Positions 27,697 to 44,543 of a DNA stretch of 64,000 nucleotides are shown here, piece after piece. The first letter of the stretch is position 1; the number at the start of each line of letters is the position of its first letter. Position numbers and translations under genes: made by a program. The stretch comes from the human T2T-CHM13v2.0 reference genome, Homo sapiens. Where the stretch lies: NCBI RefSeq assembly GCF_009914755.1, contig NC_060943.1; one strand, given 5' to 3'. A model generated the notes under the pieces. That model saw only the letters and a program-made list of their open reading frames with translations. It searched no databases and was not told where the DNA came from.

Positions 27697-28418
27697 TTAG
27701 CATGCCTTGTGAAACACATAAAGTTTAAGACCATTACCACATATCCAAGTACAAACATGAAGAAATTGGTTGAATATATAAATCTCGAAAAGGCCTTATC
27801 TGGAAACAGCAATGTAGATGACATCCAACATTTACAAATTATTCAAAGAAAGAGTACTGGATGAGACTTTAGTTGGAAACATGTAGAAAAAAAGAATGAA
27901 GGCACAGGGCCAGGGATCTTGTCAATCCAACATGTAGAGTTTGGGAATTCGTTAAGTCCACTGAAATGAACCATACGCTGACTATTATGATCAGGTGCAC
28001 AAGTGGAGACCCAGGTGTACAAAACAAACATCTAGGAGTGGTAAGAATGTAATAGCCTCTTGAAAATTGCTAAAATAGATTTTAAGTGTTCTCACAAAAA
28101 AAGTAAGTACGTGAGGTAGTATATACATTAATTTGTTCAATTTAGCCATTCCACAATGTACACATATTTCAAAACAACATGTTTTACATGATAAATATAT
28201 GTATTTTTTATTTAGGAATTAAAAAGTAATCATGTCCTGGTGTGGTGGTTCATGTCTGTAATCCCAGCACTTTGGTAGGGTGAGGCAAAGAGGATCACTT
28301 GAGCCCAGAAATTTGAGACCAGCCTGGGCAACATAGTGAGACCTTTCTCTATAAAAAATACAGAAATTAGCTGGGTGTGGTGGCATGTAGTCCCAGCTAG
28401 GCTAAAGTGGGAGGATCA

Positions 28419-28517
<99 letters not shown>

Positions 28518-30214
28518 TTAAAAAACAGAAGAATGTGAGATCCTCAGCATTTGATTTAAAGTGTCACATGCTGAGTGATTATCACATTCCCCAAACTTGC
28601 TATTCTTCTTCATTCTATGTACCACCATTAAACTAATTTTCCCAAAGCACAATCTCAAGTTTAGATGAAAGGTTCTATACTTAAGACTCCAACTAATGAC
28701 CTAACTGGATCATACTATCCCGTGTTGCTACAGAAAGAGGGAACAATGATTTGCAGCAAAGTGTTAACTCAGCAGGCCTGGGCTATTCCATCCCTACACA
28801 TTCCAAAGAAAGAACTCGTCTTAACTGCCTTCTAAAAGATAACCTCTGAGCCCCTGGAATATTCTGCCTGCTAAGGGTATCTTTTAATGCCTGAGGCCTT
28901 GGGTCATATCAGATAGTTTATGCTAGCAATGTGATTTATGGTGGACACCTGGTTTTGCATGTCTCAGGCTTTGGGCCACATTTGTATTGTTTTGACTCTG
29001 GGTGGCTACAGACACTGGGCTTAGATGAGCTTCCCTAGTTGGCAATAACTTCACATGTGTTGACAAACACTGTTGCAGGGAAAATTCAGCACTTTGTGCA
29101 ACTCCACTAGAACAGGAGAACTGAAAGCTTGCACCCAGTTTCTCCTGGATTCTTCTTTCTATACTTTTTATCTTTGATGATTTTAATTTGTATTATTTCA
29201 CTGTCACAAACTGTAATCATGAGTGTAGCAGTTCCCTCTCCTCCCCATTAACGTCTACCTTCTACGTAGCAGGCAAAGTAATCTATCAAATAAATTAGTT
29301 ATATCATGTCACTTCTCTACTCAAAACTCCCTACTGTGTTCTCAACTCATTTGGAATAAAATCAAGGTCATGAATGCCCTTGACAGGCAGTATGTGACCT
29401 CTGTACCAAAACTTCCAACTATGCCCCCACTGTTCTTATTTCCAGACAGTTTTGCTTTTGCTCACTCTACTCTATCCATTCAAGCTTCCTAGAAGTTCCT
29501 CAAACACACTCCAGGGTCATTTTTCAACTTCTCATTGTCTCACACCTGGAACACTCTTCATCCAGGGAGCCTACACGTGTTCATCATCTATCTGCTCAAA
29601 GGCACCTTAACAAAGAGCTGTTCCCACCCTACAAGCACAGTGCCAACTCCTAACACTTACTGTTCCACCAGCTGCTTTAACTTTCCTTATAGCAATTTTT
29701 ACTCCAAGATATGTTATTTATATATCTGCTTATTACTGGTTATATGGTTACTTCTAAGAGAACAAAAGCATTGTGAAGAATAAGGACATGGTATGTTTTT
29801 TCTTTCTTATTTGTACTGCTGATAGCGTTGGAATATAGTAGGCTATCAAAACACAAGTTTTGGGTGTGTGGTGGAGGCAGGGGGGTTTGTCATCCAGCCT
29901 GGAGTGCAGTGGCATGAACTTGGCTCATTGCAATGTCTGCCTCCAGGGTTCAGGCGATTCTCCCACCTCAGCCTCCTGAGTAGCTGGGATTATAGGCACA
30001 TACCACCACACCCGGCTAATTTTTGTATTTTTAGTAGAAACGGGGTTTCACCATGTTGGCCAGGCTGGTCTCGAACTCCTGAACTCAAGTGATCCATCTG
30101 CCTTGGCCTCCCAAAATGCTGGGATTACAGGCATGAGCCACCGCGCCCAGCCCAAAACACAAGTTTTAAAGGAAGGAATCATATGACAAGAAACATGATT
30201 AACTGGGACTAGGT

Positions 30215-30700
30215 GTCATCAAAATATGATAGAAAAGTAATTAATGTTATTTCTATATTCTAGCAATGAATAATCTGAAAATGTAATCAAGAAAACAATT
30301 CCATTAACTGCAGAAACAAAAAGAAAACTATACTTAGGAATATACTTAGCAAAGGAAGTACCAAATTTATATTCTGAAAGTGATAATGCATTGTCGAAAG
30401 AAGTCAAAGACCTAACAGGATATAAAACTGTCCAGTGTTCATGGATCAGAATACTTAATATGATGAAAATGGGAATACTCCCCAAAATTGTTACACAGAC
30501 TCAGTGCAGTACCTACCAAAATCCTAGCCACTCTTTTTGTAGAAATTTACAACTGATTCTAAACTTCAAATGGAAATTCAAAGGACTCAGAATAGTCAAA
30601 ACAACCTTCAAAGCAAAGAACAAAGATGGAGGACTCACACTTCCCAATTTCAAAACTTACTATAGAACCATAATCATCAAGACTATTTGATAATATATAT
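30215..30700 (+). mobile_element. Old L1 ORF2 remnant
   Basis: Degenerate CSWIRILNMMKMGILPK...KNKDGGLTLPNFKTYY. Confidence 0.85.
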
Positions 30701-31134
30701 TTATACATAGTATATGTTCCAAAATTGATTGTGGTATGGTTACACAACTAGGTGAATAGATTAAAAACCACTGGCTTATACACCTTAAATGGGTGAAATC
30801 ATGTGATATGTGCATTGTATCTCAATAATAGTTTACAAATATGATGAAAAAAGCAAAAGCTATACAGAAATGAATGCAGTCAAAACATCTAACATGAATT
30901 AAAGAAAGTTCAGAATTAGCAAAACTATGAAGGAAGTAATTTGCAGCAGGCATAAATGTCTGATGGTTTGGGCTAGAAATAATATACGATATTAAAAGAT
31001 CTTTTCTAATTAATCAAAACATTATCTTAAAGTAGAGAACTTTAAGAGAGTTCAGCATGTAGAAAACACTTAAGGTAATGCCAGAATTTAAGATGTGCAG
31101 TAATGAAAGAGACCCTGGATTTAAACAGGACAGC

Positions 31135-31615
31135 CTGCAGCACGATTCACAACAGCAAAGACATGGAATCAACCTAGGTTCCCATCAATGGTGAACAGGA
31201 TAACTGTGGTATATATACACCATGGAATACTACAAAGCCATAAAAAAGAACTAAAGCATGTCATTTGCAGCAACATGGATGCAGCTGGAAGCCATTACCC
31301 TAAGTGAAATAACTCAGAAACAGAAAACCAAATACTGTGTATTCTCACTTGTAGGCAAGAGCTAAACATTGGGAACACAGGGACATCAAGACAGGAACAA
31401 TAGACACTGGGGACTCCAAGAGGAAGAAGGGAGGAAGGCAAGGGTTGAAGAACCACCTATTTGGTACTATGTTCACTACTTGGGTGACAGGATTGAGCTT
31501 CTAGTGAATCCTCGGCATCAGGCAATATATCCATGAGACAAACCTGCATATGCACCTCCTGATGCACCTCCTGAATCTAAAATAAAAACATAAAAGATAA
31601 AATAAAATTAAAAAA
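31135..31615 (+). mobile_element. L1 (L1PA/PB-type) 3' end with A-rich tail
   Basis: acaacagcaaagacatggaatcaacc...caacatggatgcagctggaagccatta...attctcactt; tail ctaaaataaaa. Confidence 0.85.
31544..31576 (-). CDS. ZNF615: ZNF615 cassette microexon (33 nt, L1-derived) encoding DSGGASGGAYA
   Basis: ttttattttag|ATTCAGGAGGTGCATCAGGAGGTGCATATGCAG|gtttgt; symmetric phase 1, no stop; gives 742 aa, which I recall as an annotated isoform length. Confidence 0.75.
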
Positions 31616-32709
31616 ATAAAATTATATAAGGATAGCCAAAAGCATTATTCTTAGAGGGAAGATGATTCTTGTTCCTCATACACAAAATGGGAAGTTACAG
31701 GCTAGTTGTCATGAAGACAAGTAAAATACATGGAAATAAAGTATACATTAGATAATATTAAGGCAGAAGTTAATTTGGTAGTCTCTTCCAGAGAATGAAG
31801 AGTTAATTCACGGGAATGAAAAAAACTTTTAAAAGTTATGAGAACAGTAAAGAAAATGGAAGAAGGATGGGCTGGGCACGGAGGCTCACGCTGTAATCCC
31901 AGCACTTTGGGAGGCCAAGGCTGACAGATTACTTGAGCCAAGGAGTTCAAGACCAGCCTAGGCAACATGACAAAACCCCACCTCTATAAGAAATACAAAA
32001 ATCAGCTGAGCATGGTGATGTGTGCCTGTAGTCCCAGCCACTTAAGAGGCTGAGGTGGGAGGATCGCTTGAGCCGAGGAGGTCAAGGCTACAGTGAGCCT
32101 GGGTGACAGATGAGACCTTCTTTCCAAAAAAAAAAAGTATGGAGAAACTCAGGATTCAGTATAAGAGGAATAAGAGAACTTAAGAAACACATAAATGCCA
32201 ATCAGAGACCAGGTTATCATGGGCACAGCATCCAGAGTGGAGAAAATGAGGGAAAATAATGATTCCCAGAGTGGGAATAATGAAGGAAAATTATTATTTT
32301 CCTACTAGGGCAGGAAGATGCAGTAGTCAGAAAAAAGTAATGAGTTCAAAGGTCTCTCTTTCCGGAGAGGCCTGGAAAATGGAATTTCATAGCAAGAGAG
32401 GTAATACACAAGCAGAGACACTGTGACAGTGGACAAGAAAAGGCAGATTTGAAAATCCTAAGAAGATAATTATGTAGACAAAAACAAGATGTGCATAAAA
32501 TAAACAAAGATGAAATCTCAAGGAAAAAAAGTGGGGGCCGGGCGCAGTGGCTCAAGCCTGTAATCTCAGCACTTTGGGAGGCCAAGGTGGGCAGATCACA
32601 AGGTCAAGAGATCAAGACCATCCTGGCCAATATGGTGAAACCCCGTTTCTACTAAAAATACAAAAATTAGCTGGGCGTGGTGGTACGCACCTGTAGTCCC
32701 AGCTACTCA

Positions 32710-33006
<297 letters not shown>

Positions 33007-33010
33007 TCAC

Positions 33011-33106
33011 CAGAACAGATTCGAGAGTAGATTTCATCTTCTGTTGTGCAAGTTTCTTCTCCTCGTTCCAATTTGGAGAGTGCATCTGGTTTGCTGGCTT
33101 GATACC
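33011..33106 (-). CDS. ZNF615: ZNF615 KRAB-B exon (96 nt)
   Basis: acag|GGTATC ... TCTG|gtgagt; GYQASKPDALSKLERGEETCTTEDEIYSRICS. Confidence 0.93.
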
Positions 33107-33176
33107 CTGTTCATGGGAAATGACAGAAGATTTAGACAAATCAAACGGGGCTGGCAATATTGAAAAAGGAGAGTTA

Positions 33177-33656
<480 letters not shown>

Positions 33657-33998
33657 TCATTCAACAATGTTGAAAAGTCAAAGAAATGTCTGTAATACAC
33701 AGCTATCCAATCCTCTTGCTAATGAAAGAACATCTATAACATGTAGCATCTATTTCCCAATACCAAACTAGTCATAAGTATATGCCAGTTACAAGTAGAC
33801 GAATAATTCAGATTCTTAAATTCACTATGAGCTTTCAGGCCAATATCAAACTCTGTAATGAAGACATGGCAGATGCTAGTATCACAAGACAATGCATTCT
33901 AAATAACTATGGTTAACATAGTTAACCATATTATTATTTTATTCTGAATGAAATAAAAGAGACTATATAAAACATGTATAAAGCACAAAGATTATTAG

Positions 33999-34325
<327 letters not shown>

Positions 34326-34894
34326 TGATTAAGCAAATTTGGAAAAAAAAATCCTTAGAATATATATGCAGACACATGTATGCACACAGACAAATTCATA
34401 TATATGTGTATGTTATTAGACAGCGTTAATAACATTAAATACAATGAAGAAACAGCTAAAAGAAATCTACTTTTGCATTTATGAGAAGGCTACAGTTAAG
34501 AACACCACCTACCATAACACCTCCGTGAAGAACTATCAAAGATGTATTTGAGCCTCAGAATTATAAGCCATGAAACATTAACATCCCTCAAGAAACTGGT
34601 CTGCTTTCTCACAGTTGATATAACTTATCATGTTTCTCTTGTATAGCTTGTCAGAGATACTAGAGGCAAGTTTACAGCAAATGTAACCTACGGGGTCCCA
34701 CACAGTCACAAATTCCAACATGAATCATGTAGTATGAATCCTATGAATAATATATCCCTGATCCTTCTTTGCCCAGATTTCTCCAGGTCCTGATATTTCC
34801 AATTTATACTTTTCTGATTAATTACCCTGATTTTTACAGGACTTTAAAAATACATTGGAGAATAAAGGAAAGAATAAAACAAACCAAAAGTCAC

Positions 34895-34909
34895 CTGGGC
34901 CTGCATCAT
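34895..34909 (-). CDS. ZNF615: ZNF615 first coding segment MMQAQ (exon starts at 35098 or 35091)
   Basis: ATG ATG CAG GCC CAG|gtgac; tandem acceptors ttcag|cccacag|. Confidence 0.9.
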
Positions 34910-36261
34910 TGTCTCCTAAATTTGGGAAATGACTGCTAACTTGGACGTTCTGTATTTGTCTCTTCTGAATCAGCTCTAAATTTCGGTTCAAAAACTTCAA
35001 TCTCCAATCAAGGATGTCCCCAGAAATGATGACACCCAAGTCTTGGAAACTCCGCCTCCTTCCTTCACTTGATTTCTCTTGTTCTCAGCACCTGTGGGCT
35101 GAAGAGCAAATTACTCTGAGTGGTACATTCTTTTTAGGCCCAGATGTTGTCACTGTTCCTATATGCTCACCTTAAATCAAGGCCCCCAAATATCTCTCTG
35201 TTCTTTTATTTAGTGCTCCAGAAGCTTTTATATCTGGGCTAGTAAAATATAACATTCTGAATATATGGGAGGTACAGCACCCTTCTATATAAAGTTGACG
35301 TGGTATGACTACTGCTAGTAAGTGAAAGAGAATGTGGGGAAAAGAATCGTCACAACGTGATGCCCAGCAGCTGGGCAATCCTCAGGCAGACCAGTTTTAG
35401 GAAAGAGGTCACATAGACAGTTAAGATGCACACATTTTTTCTTTAAAACCATGTGTACCCATCTACCTTTTCAGAGGTCTTTTTACATTCTAGGATACTG
35501 CAATCTGAGAACACTGTCCTAAGCAAATAATAAGCACTATCTTATTTAAATTATTCATTACCATCCACATCTTTGACTTTTTTTCTTTTTTTTTTGAGAC
35601 TGAGTTTCACTCACTCTGTTGCCCAGGCTGGAGTGAGTAAGACTCCAGTGGCGTGATCTCTGTTCACTGCAACCTCCATCTCCTGGGTTCAAGCGATTCT
35701 CCTGCTTCAGCCGCCTGAGAAGCTGGGATTACAGGTGAACGCCACATGCGCTGCTAATTTTTGTACTTTTAGTAGAAACGGGGTTTCACCATGTTGGCCA
35801 GGCTGGTCTTGAACTCCTGAGCTCAACTGATCCACCCATCTCAGCCTCCCAAAGTGCTGGGACTACAGGCATGAGCCACTGCACCCGGCCGCCATCCACA
35901 TCTTGATACTTGCAAAGTATTCTAAGTATAAATGTATAAAGGATACTCAGCAAAAATATCCTTGAGGAATTACATATTACAGCAAATCCTAACGGATATT
36001 CTTCAAGCAAAAGAAAGATGACTCCAGTGTAAGCAGAGGAGCAAGGTCTGAAGAGGAACAAAACGGTAAGTAATTAATAAAGCCTAAATCAGTATTGACT
36101 GGAAAAATAATACTGATAATAATATATCAGGAAGTTTTAATATATATAGTGTTAAAATATTCCATAAGAACATATAGGCCGGGTGCGGTGGCTCACGCCT
36201 GTAATCCCAACACTTTGGGAGGCCGAGGTGGGCAGATCACGAGGTCAGGAGTTCGAGATCA

Positions 36262-36549
<288 letters not shown>

Positions 36550-38490
36550 CTAATTACCATAACATTAACAAATAAGTTTATATGTTGTTTGTAATCAATA
36601 GTGTCAGCAATAAAACTAATTTTTAAAAAATTATTTCCATGTTAAAAGAGAGGTCTATGGTTTCCGTGGCAGCTACTCAACTCTACTGTTGTAGCTCAAA
36701 AATGCCCACATACAAAAAAATAGACAAATGATTGTGGCCAGGTCCCAACAAAACTTTATTAACAGAAACAGGTGCTGGGAGATTTAGTCCATGGGCTCTA
36801 GTTGCCCAACTGTGAATTTGTGCAGAAAAGCCATATGGTCACCTAAATCAAGAGTCAGTAATATAGTATCCAGGACCTGGACCACCTGTTTTGTAAATAA
36901 AGTCTTATAAGAACACAGCTACATGCATTCCATGACATTTCATCTCAGGCTATTATCACATTACAATGGCAGAGTTGAGAATTTGGGTCTAGAATGTCAC
37001 TCAGTAGAATGCAGTATAAAAAAATAATCAAAGATGACTTTTGAATATAAGGGGCAAATTATCAGTATTTGCCTAATACGTCTGTATTCCTTTAGTCAGG
37101 TGGCTGGATACAAAATTTAAATAGAAAAATCCTATATCCTCCTAAAGCATATACAGATCGAGTCAGTATTAAGAGCAGAACCTTTCTTGGGAACAATTTA
37201 ACATTCTATTGAAAATTGCCAATAAAGGTATACCTGGTAACCCAAAACCCCATTCCTAAAACTTTCTTAAAAGGTAATATTGGCAAAAGTGTGCTATCTG
37301 ACAGGTCATTTTTACTTTCTTCACTTGATTTTTCATAGGGAAAACACAGGTTTACATCAGAAAAATATTAGCATTCTACATTTAAAATAAAATTGCTGAT
37401 GGTAGTTCAGTAATATAAGTTTACGGCTTTAAATGTTTTCATTAATAGAAAAAAGAGAGAAACCAGGCGGGAGGAAGGGAGAGAAAAAAATGAATATAAA
37501 TACAAATTTTACAAAAGACAAAACCAAAAATAATCCTCAGAGATAATCGTGAGGAAAAGATGTTTAACTCCTCTTTTGGCCAACAAGTAAAGCGACACAA
37601 GTTATGCCAATCACACAATGAGCAAGAAGCAGAATCAGGGCTGAAAATCCACTTTTGTTTCACTTCAAAATCCACTTTTACTCTACTTTATACCGAACCA
37701 AAATTATCTGTAAATCAGATGCCTCCCTATTAAGTAAATAAATAAAGCAATTAAAGGGCTATTAGTAGAATTCTAGTTAATCATATACAGAATTATTTAG
37801 AGGAATGGTACTTATGTCTGTAACTTACTTTGAAATATACCAAAATCGACAACAAATAAGGAATGATTCACAAACAGAGGAATGGATGAATACTTAGAAA
37901 ACCAGTAGAGCTGATCTAATACAATGTTAATGGTAAAAGCTAGGTGGTAGGCATATTGGTATTAACATTAAACTTCTTTCAATATTTCCATAGGTTCAAA
38001 AATTTTCACAAAATAATATGTTAGGCAGAGAGAAAAATATTGTAATACTAAGAATTAAGATGACCAAATATAAAATAAATATTTAAAATTAATTTATCTT
38101 TTGTTATAGATTATAAGGAAAGGGGAGTCAGAAAGCAATACACTGCAATAAAAGTAATAGTCTAGATTGAAGATTAAAGGCAGGAAAAACAAAATTCATG
38201 GATAAATGGATAATCATAAAATGTTCCTAAAAATAATACCTAAACATTTTAAAACATTTCACTTCTATCCAAATGTACGCATAAACTTAATGTGAATGCA
38301 CTTATAGTACCACCGGCTCAAACAGTAAAAACAACTTCTAAATGTTTATTACATAATATAAAGCGAAAAAGATAATAGTACCATTTACATAATTTATCTG
38401 AATTATGAATATTAAGCACATAACATACACGTCTAAAATTGAAATATTCTGAAAATTTGACAAAGGTTATCTTTGAGTAACCGAGCTTAC

Positions 38491-38528
38491 CATGGCAGAG
38501 ATGTTATCTTACTTGTGTCAGAAAGAAC
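38491..38528 (-). other. ZNF615: ZNF615 38-nt 5'UTR exon
   Basis: tttcttttcag|GTTC...GCCATG|gtaagc. Confidence 0.6.
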
Positions 38529-38839
38529 CTGAAAAGAAATATCCAAGAGGATACGCTGGAAACTTGCAGGACAAAGGGTAGAAGCCGCATCTTAAATATA
38601 AAACATACTACTTTTAGGTATGCTAGATGACTGATCTCGCCAAAAACTTCCATTTCTGAGGATTCAAGACCAAGGGGTGATGGAAGGTGCCAAAGGGGAT
38701 TTAAAAACCAGTCGTGGAGAAGGGTCTTGGGCAGAAGGGGAATGCTAATGAGCATCAATTCTGTTCCAGCAGCCAGGGCTGGGGCTAACCCATCACCTGC
38801 CATGGTTCCCAGGCCTCCAGAGCTGCAGCCCACATCGGA

Positions 38840-40000
38840 ATCTGTGGCGCTACCACCACCGCCACCGGGATTAATTCCAAAACCTGGATCAGAAACCTCC
38901 GTACCTTAACCCCCAAGACAGTTCCTCAATCATTTAGTCCCAAACAAAACCTGAACCATAAACCGATTCGCTGACAAAACAAACCCTCCAGTTCGCAATC
39001 ACTGAGCCCCGCCAAAGGACAACACCAAAGACACCAGAATGTGACTTGGGCACTCAGTAGCGGATCTCTAGAGATCTTTAACCACAAACTACACGAGGAC
39101 CCTGTGACTGGTCCCAGAGGTACCCCGATCACACACACACACACCCTATCACGGACCTCTTGTAGTTCCCCTGCGATAGGAATCGGACCCACGCTAAGCT
39201 CCTGAAAGAATTCCACTGGCGTCGCCAAACGCTGGCGCCGACAGATACCAGTCCATCACCACTGTCCACGAACACGCCCAGCCACGGACAGAATTTCCTC
39301 CCCCGTCACCACAGCGACCACCCAGTGACTGAACTTACTTCCCAGAACTTGGTGGGCTCCGGCCTCATCTCTCGGCCTCCTCAGTGCCTGACGGCGACTA
39401 TCCAGGGTCGGAGGCGTTCCCAGCGTTTGCGCAGATGCAAGATGGCCGCGCCCTCGTCGCCTTGGCTCCATGGGGGCCGCCATCTTTGAGTATCTGACGT
39501 ACACAAGGCAAAGGGCGCGTTTTGGCGCTGGTGACCGGGGGTGACCGGGGGTGACCGGGGATGGCCGGGAAGATGAAAGAGCACTGAAACTGTCCCATTT
39601 CCTGGCACCTCAACCCTTCATAAATACGGGTCCATATACAGAGGCTCCAGTTTACACAAGACAAAAATGGCGTGGAGGTAAATCCCTTTCAGCAGCTGAA
39701 TAGAAGGCTAAGATGGCCGCGACGTTTACACTTTGTACAAAGGTTAGGAAACAGTTCCTTGTGAGGGAAAAGGAGAACCGGCCGAGAGGGGACACTTCGG
39801 CCAAAGCCAGATTTCTAACAAAGTAGCTTGAAGCGCCTTTTGAACGCAGAAGAGGGCTGTTAGCTACGCTGACGGAACAGGGGTAGCAGTCACAGACTAG
39901 GTAATGAAAACGGTTGGAACGTGCCAAAATTATGTTGGGTGAAAGGCATGGGGAAAAGCCAGTAAAAGCCAGAAAGTATAGTTCCCAAGGCGGAGGGGAG
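38840..40000. promoter_or_regulatory. CpG-island promoter of ZNF615 with clustered YY1 motifs and a (GTGACCGGGG)3 repeat
   Basis: CAAGATGGCCGC 39438, GCCGCCATCTT about 39476, AAAATGGCG about 39664, AAGATGGCCGC 39710; repeat at 39531-39560. Confidence 0.8.
39339..39430 (-). other. ZNF615: ZNF615 non-coding exon 1 (5' end approximate)
   Basis: GAA|gtaagt donor at 39338 within a CpG island. Confidence 0.7.
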
Positions 40001-40063
40001 AGCCTGGGACCCAGGTGGAGCCAAATATGAGGGCTGGACTCAGGAGAAGTGGCCAGAAATTAA

Positions 40064-40386
<323 letters not shown>

Positions 40387-40906
40387 TCAAAAAAAAAACA
40401 AAAGAAAGAAAGGTTAAGAAGGAGATCACGTTATACTACGTGTGCCAACCGCGAATAGTATGTGCAAAGTCATGGCAATGCTGAACTGTAAATATAAATC
40501 CAACCAAACTTCCTATATTAGAAGAATGAGAGAAAGGAAATGCCTGTGTGAATCTATGTGTGTGATATAGGTATCAGTATATAAATATACAGAGAAATTG
40601 TCAAACTATTTTTCAGAGTCAAGTTCGTGTTCCATTTGCTCTTCTCACCCTTGGTATATGAGAGTTTTTCTTTTTTTTTGTTTTTTTTTTGTCTCTTTTT
40701 GAGGCAAGGTCCACTCTGTTGCCCAGTCTGGAGTGCCTGGGGAGATCACAGCTCACTGTAACTTGGAACTCCTGGGCTCCTGAATAGCTGGGACTACAGG
40801 TGGGCACCACCACACCTGGCTAATTTTTTAATTTTCTGTAGAGACAAGGGTCTCACTATGATGCCCAGCTGGTCTTGAACTGGCCTCAAGCAGTCCTCCC
40901 ACTTCA

Positions 40907-41311
<405 letters not shown>

Positions 41312-42469
41312 TCAACTTAAAAGCTCCCTAAAATTTTCTATAAATACATGAAGGAAATAAACAGGACACTTTTTTTAATGTAAATGATCCTAAACAATTT
41401 AAAAAATACCAGTTTTACTAATATTCAAACAAATGCAAAGTAAACGTGAAATATAAATGTTTTAACCCTTATTAAGATTTGTAAAGATTGAATGACAAAT
41501 CATATTTAGATTATAAGGCCATGGAACAAAGGCATTCTGTTATGCTAAGCCTCTTTAAGTCTTCTTTTTCTGCATGGTAGGTAATAATGTTGTCAATTAC
41601 ATACTGCTTTAAATGAATTGAGATATTATCATACTGGTCATAATTCGAAGTTCTTAAGCATTACATTATTTCTAGGTATAGGATTGTGTTTCTATATAAA
41701 TTCGTAAAATGTTTTTGTAGTACAGTCTGTTATTACCCAGTTTAAACTTTTCCTTCTCCTTGAGCCATGAATTTTAAGAATTGATTCAATAGAACTTTTC
41801 TTTGTGAGAACAAATATGTGCAAGGATATTTATGGTATTGATCTGACAATTATAAGGAAACAAATACTTTTGTGGTTATTGCATAAATTTATTCTTGCAT
41901 CTCTATATTCACATCTTTGGATAGTATTCTCCATAGTGACTGACTAATGTGTCCAATAGGACAGTAGCAAGTGTAACACAAATGGAGGTGAGAAATAAGC
42001 TTGCTCATCAAGGCTTGCTTGTCTCTTAGAGATCTTCCAACACATTGTAAGAAAGCCCAGACTAGCCTCTTGTTGACTGTGTAAATAAAGGCCTCATCCA
42101 TTCCAGCAGAAGCCCAAATATGTGAAAAAAGCTATTTAGACCATGCAGCCCCAGTCAAAATCCAACCACTAGAGCCTCCGGCCCAGCAGTCCCAATTGTT
42201 ACTAAACTCTGTGGACAAACATAATGCCATGAGTGGGTGGGGGTCACCTAATCTGCCATCCAAGTGCTTATCCCTGCTCCTAGCCAAGCAGGACTTGCCA
42301 GCTTGGGTGGTGTCCAAGTAGGGAGGGGCCCTCACTCTTGGATCACCATAAGAGTTGAGACAGCTGGGTCTGCAGGACATTGGAAAAGTCGGGTGTGCCT
42401 TCCTCTGTAGGGCCACCTGGGAAGGATACAGCTGTCTGCAAACCATGATGTCTGCCTGAGGGAGCCCCA

Positions 42470-43525
<1,056 letters not shown>

Positions 43526-43535
43526 GCTGTCTCTA

Positions 43536-43778
<243 letters not shown>

Positions 43779-43855
43779 TCACTGCAACCTCTGCCTCCCA
43801 GGTTCAAGTGATTCCTGCCTCAGCCTCACAAGTAATTGGGATTACAGGCGCCAAC

Positions 43856-44316
43856 TGTAGAGCGCCCGATCCTGTCACTGTTTGGGGCGCCACTACGTAA
43901 CCCACAAGGACCTAGGGGGACTGAAAAAAGTGGGGGAAACGGGAATAAAAGAGACAAAAGAGTATATTTGGAAGAAGGGATCAGGGGACACCTTGCCTCT
44001 AGTGGACAAGGGCCCTGAGCTTTACACAGCCCTCCATATTTATTAGGCAAAAGAGATAGTGAGAAGGCGGGTGGAAGAAGGGGTCAGCTACTCAGTCCAG
44101 AGTAGGGTTTGCAAGATGGCATTCTCTAGATGTCCCAGTAGATAACCTCAAGGAGCTCAGCACCAGGAAGCGATTGCCCTCAGCAAACCTTCTGGCAGCG
44201 GAAGCAGTCATGAGTTTGCCCACATCGTGCATTCATGATAAAGTTTGCTGTTTGATCATATAGCCTCCAGTGGAATGCTGAGTTGGTCACATCCCATGGG
44301 CCTTCGGCTCCCAACA
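43856..44316 (-). mobile_element. Solo LTR3 (HML-6, LTR3B-like) with PBS relic, inserted in an Alu
   Basis: Minus strand tgttgggagccgaaggccc...ggttacg-tag-TGGCGCCCCAAACAGTGAC-aggatcgggcgctctaca; flanks gccaac/gcccag. Confidence 0.88.
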
Positions 44317-44537
44317 GCCCAGCACCATACCCAGCTAATTTTTTGTGTGTATTTTTAGTAGACACAGGGTTTCGCCACGTTGGCCAGGCTGGTCTTGAAC
44401 TTCTGACCTCAAGTGATCCGCCTGCCTCGGCCTCTCAAGAGACCCTGTCTCTTAAAAAAGAAAAAAAAGAGGTTAAGATTGTAAATCCTAAAAAAAAAAA
44501 AGCAAAAGCAAAAGCTGTATGTAGATTTCACAGCATC

Positions 44538-44543
44538 TTTATT
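44538..44543 (-). terminator. Probable ZNF614 poly(A) signal AATAAA within an old L1 relic
   Basis: cagcatctttatttatagca; paralogous to 22554 and 62602. Confidence 0.6.
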
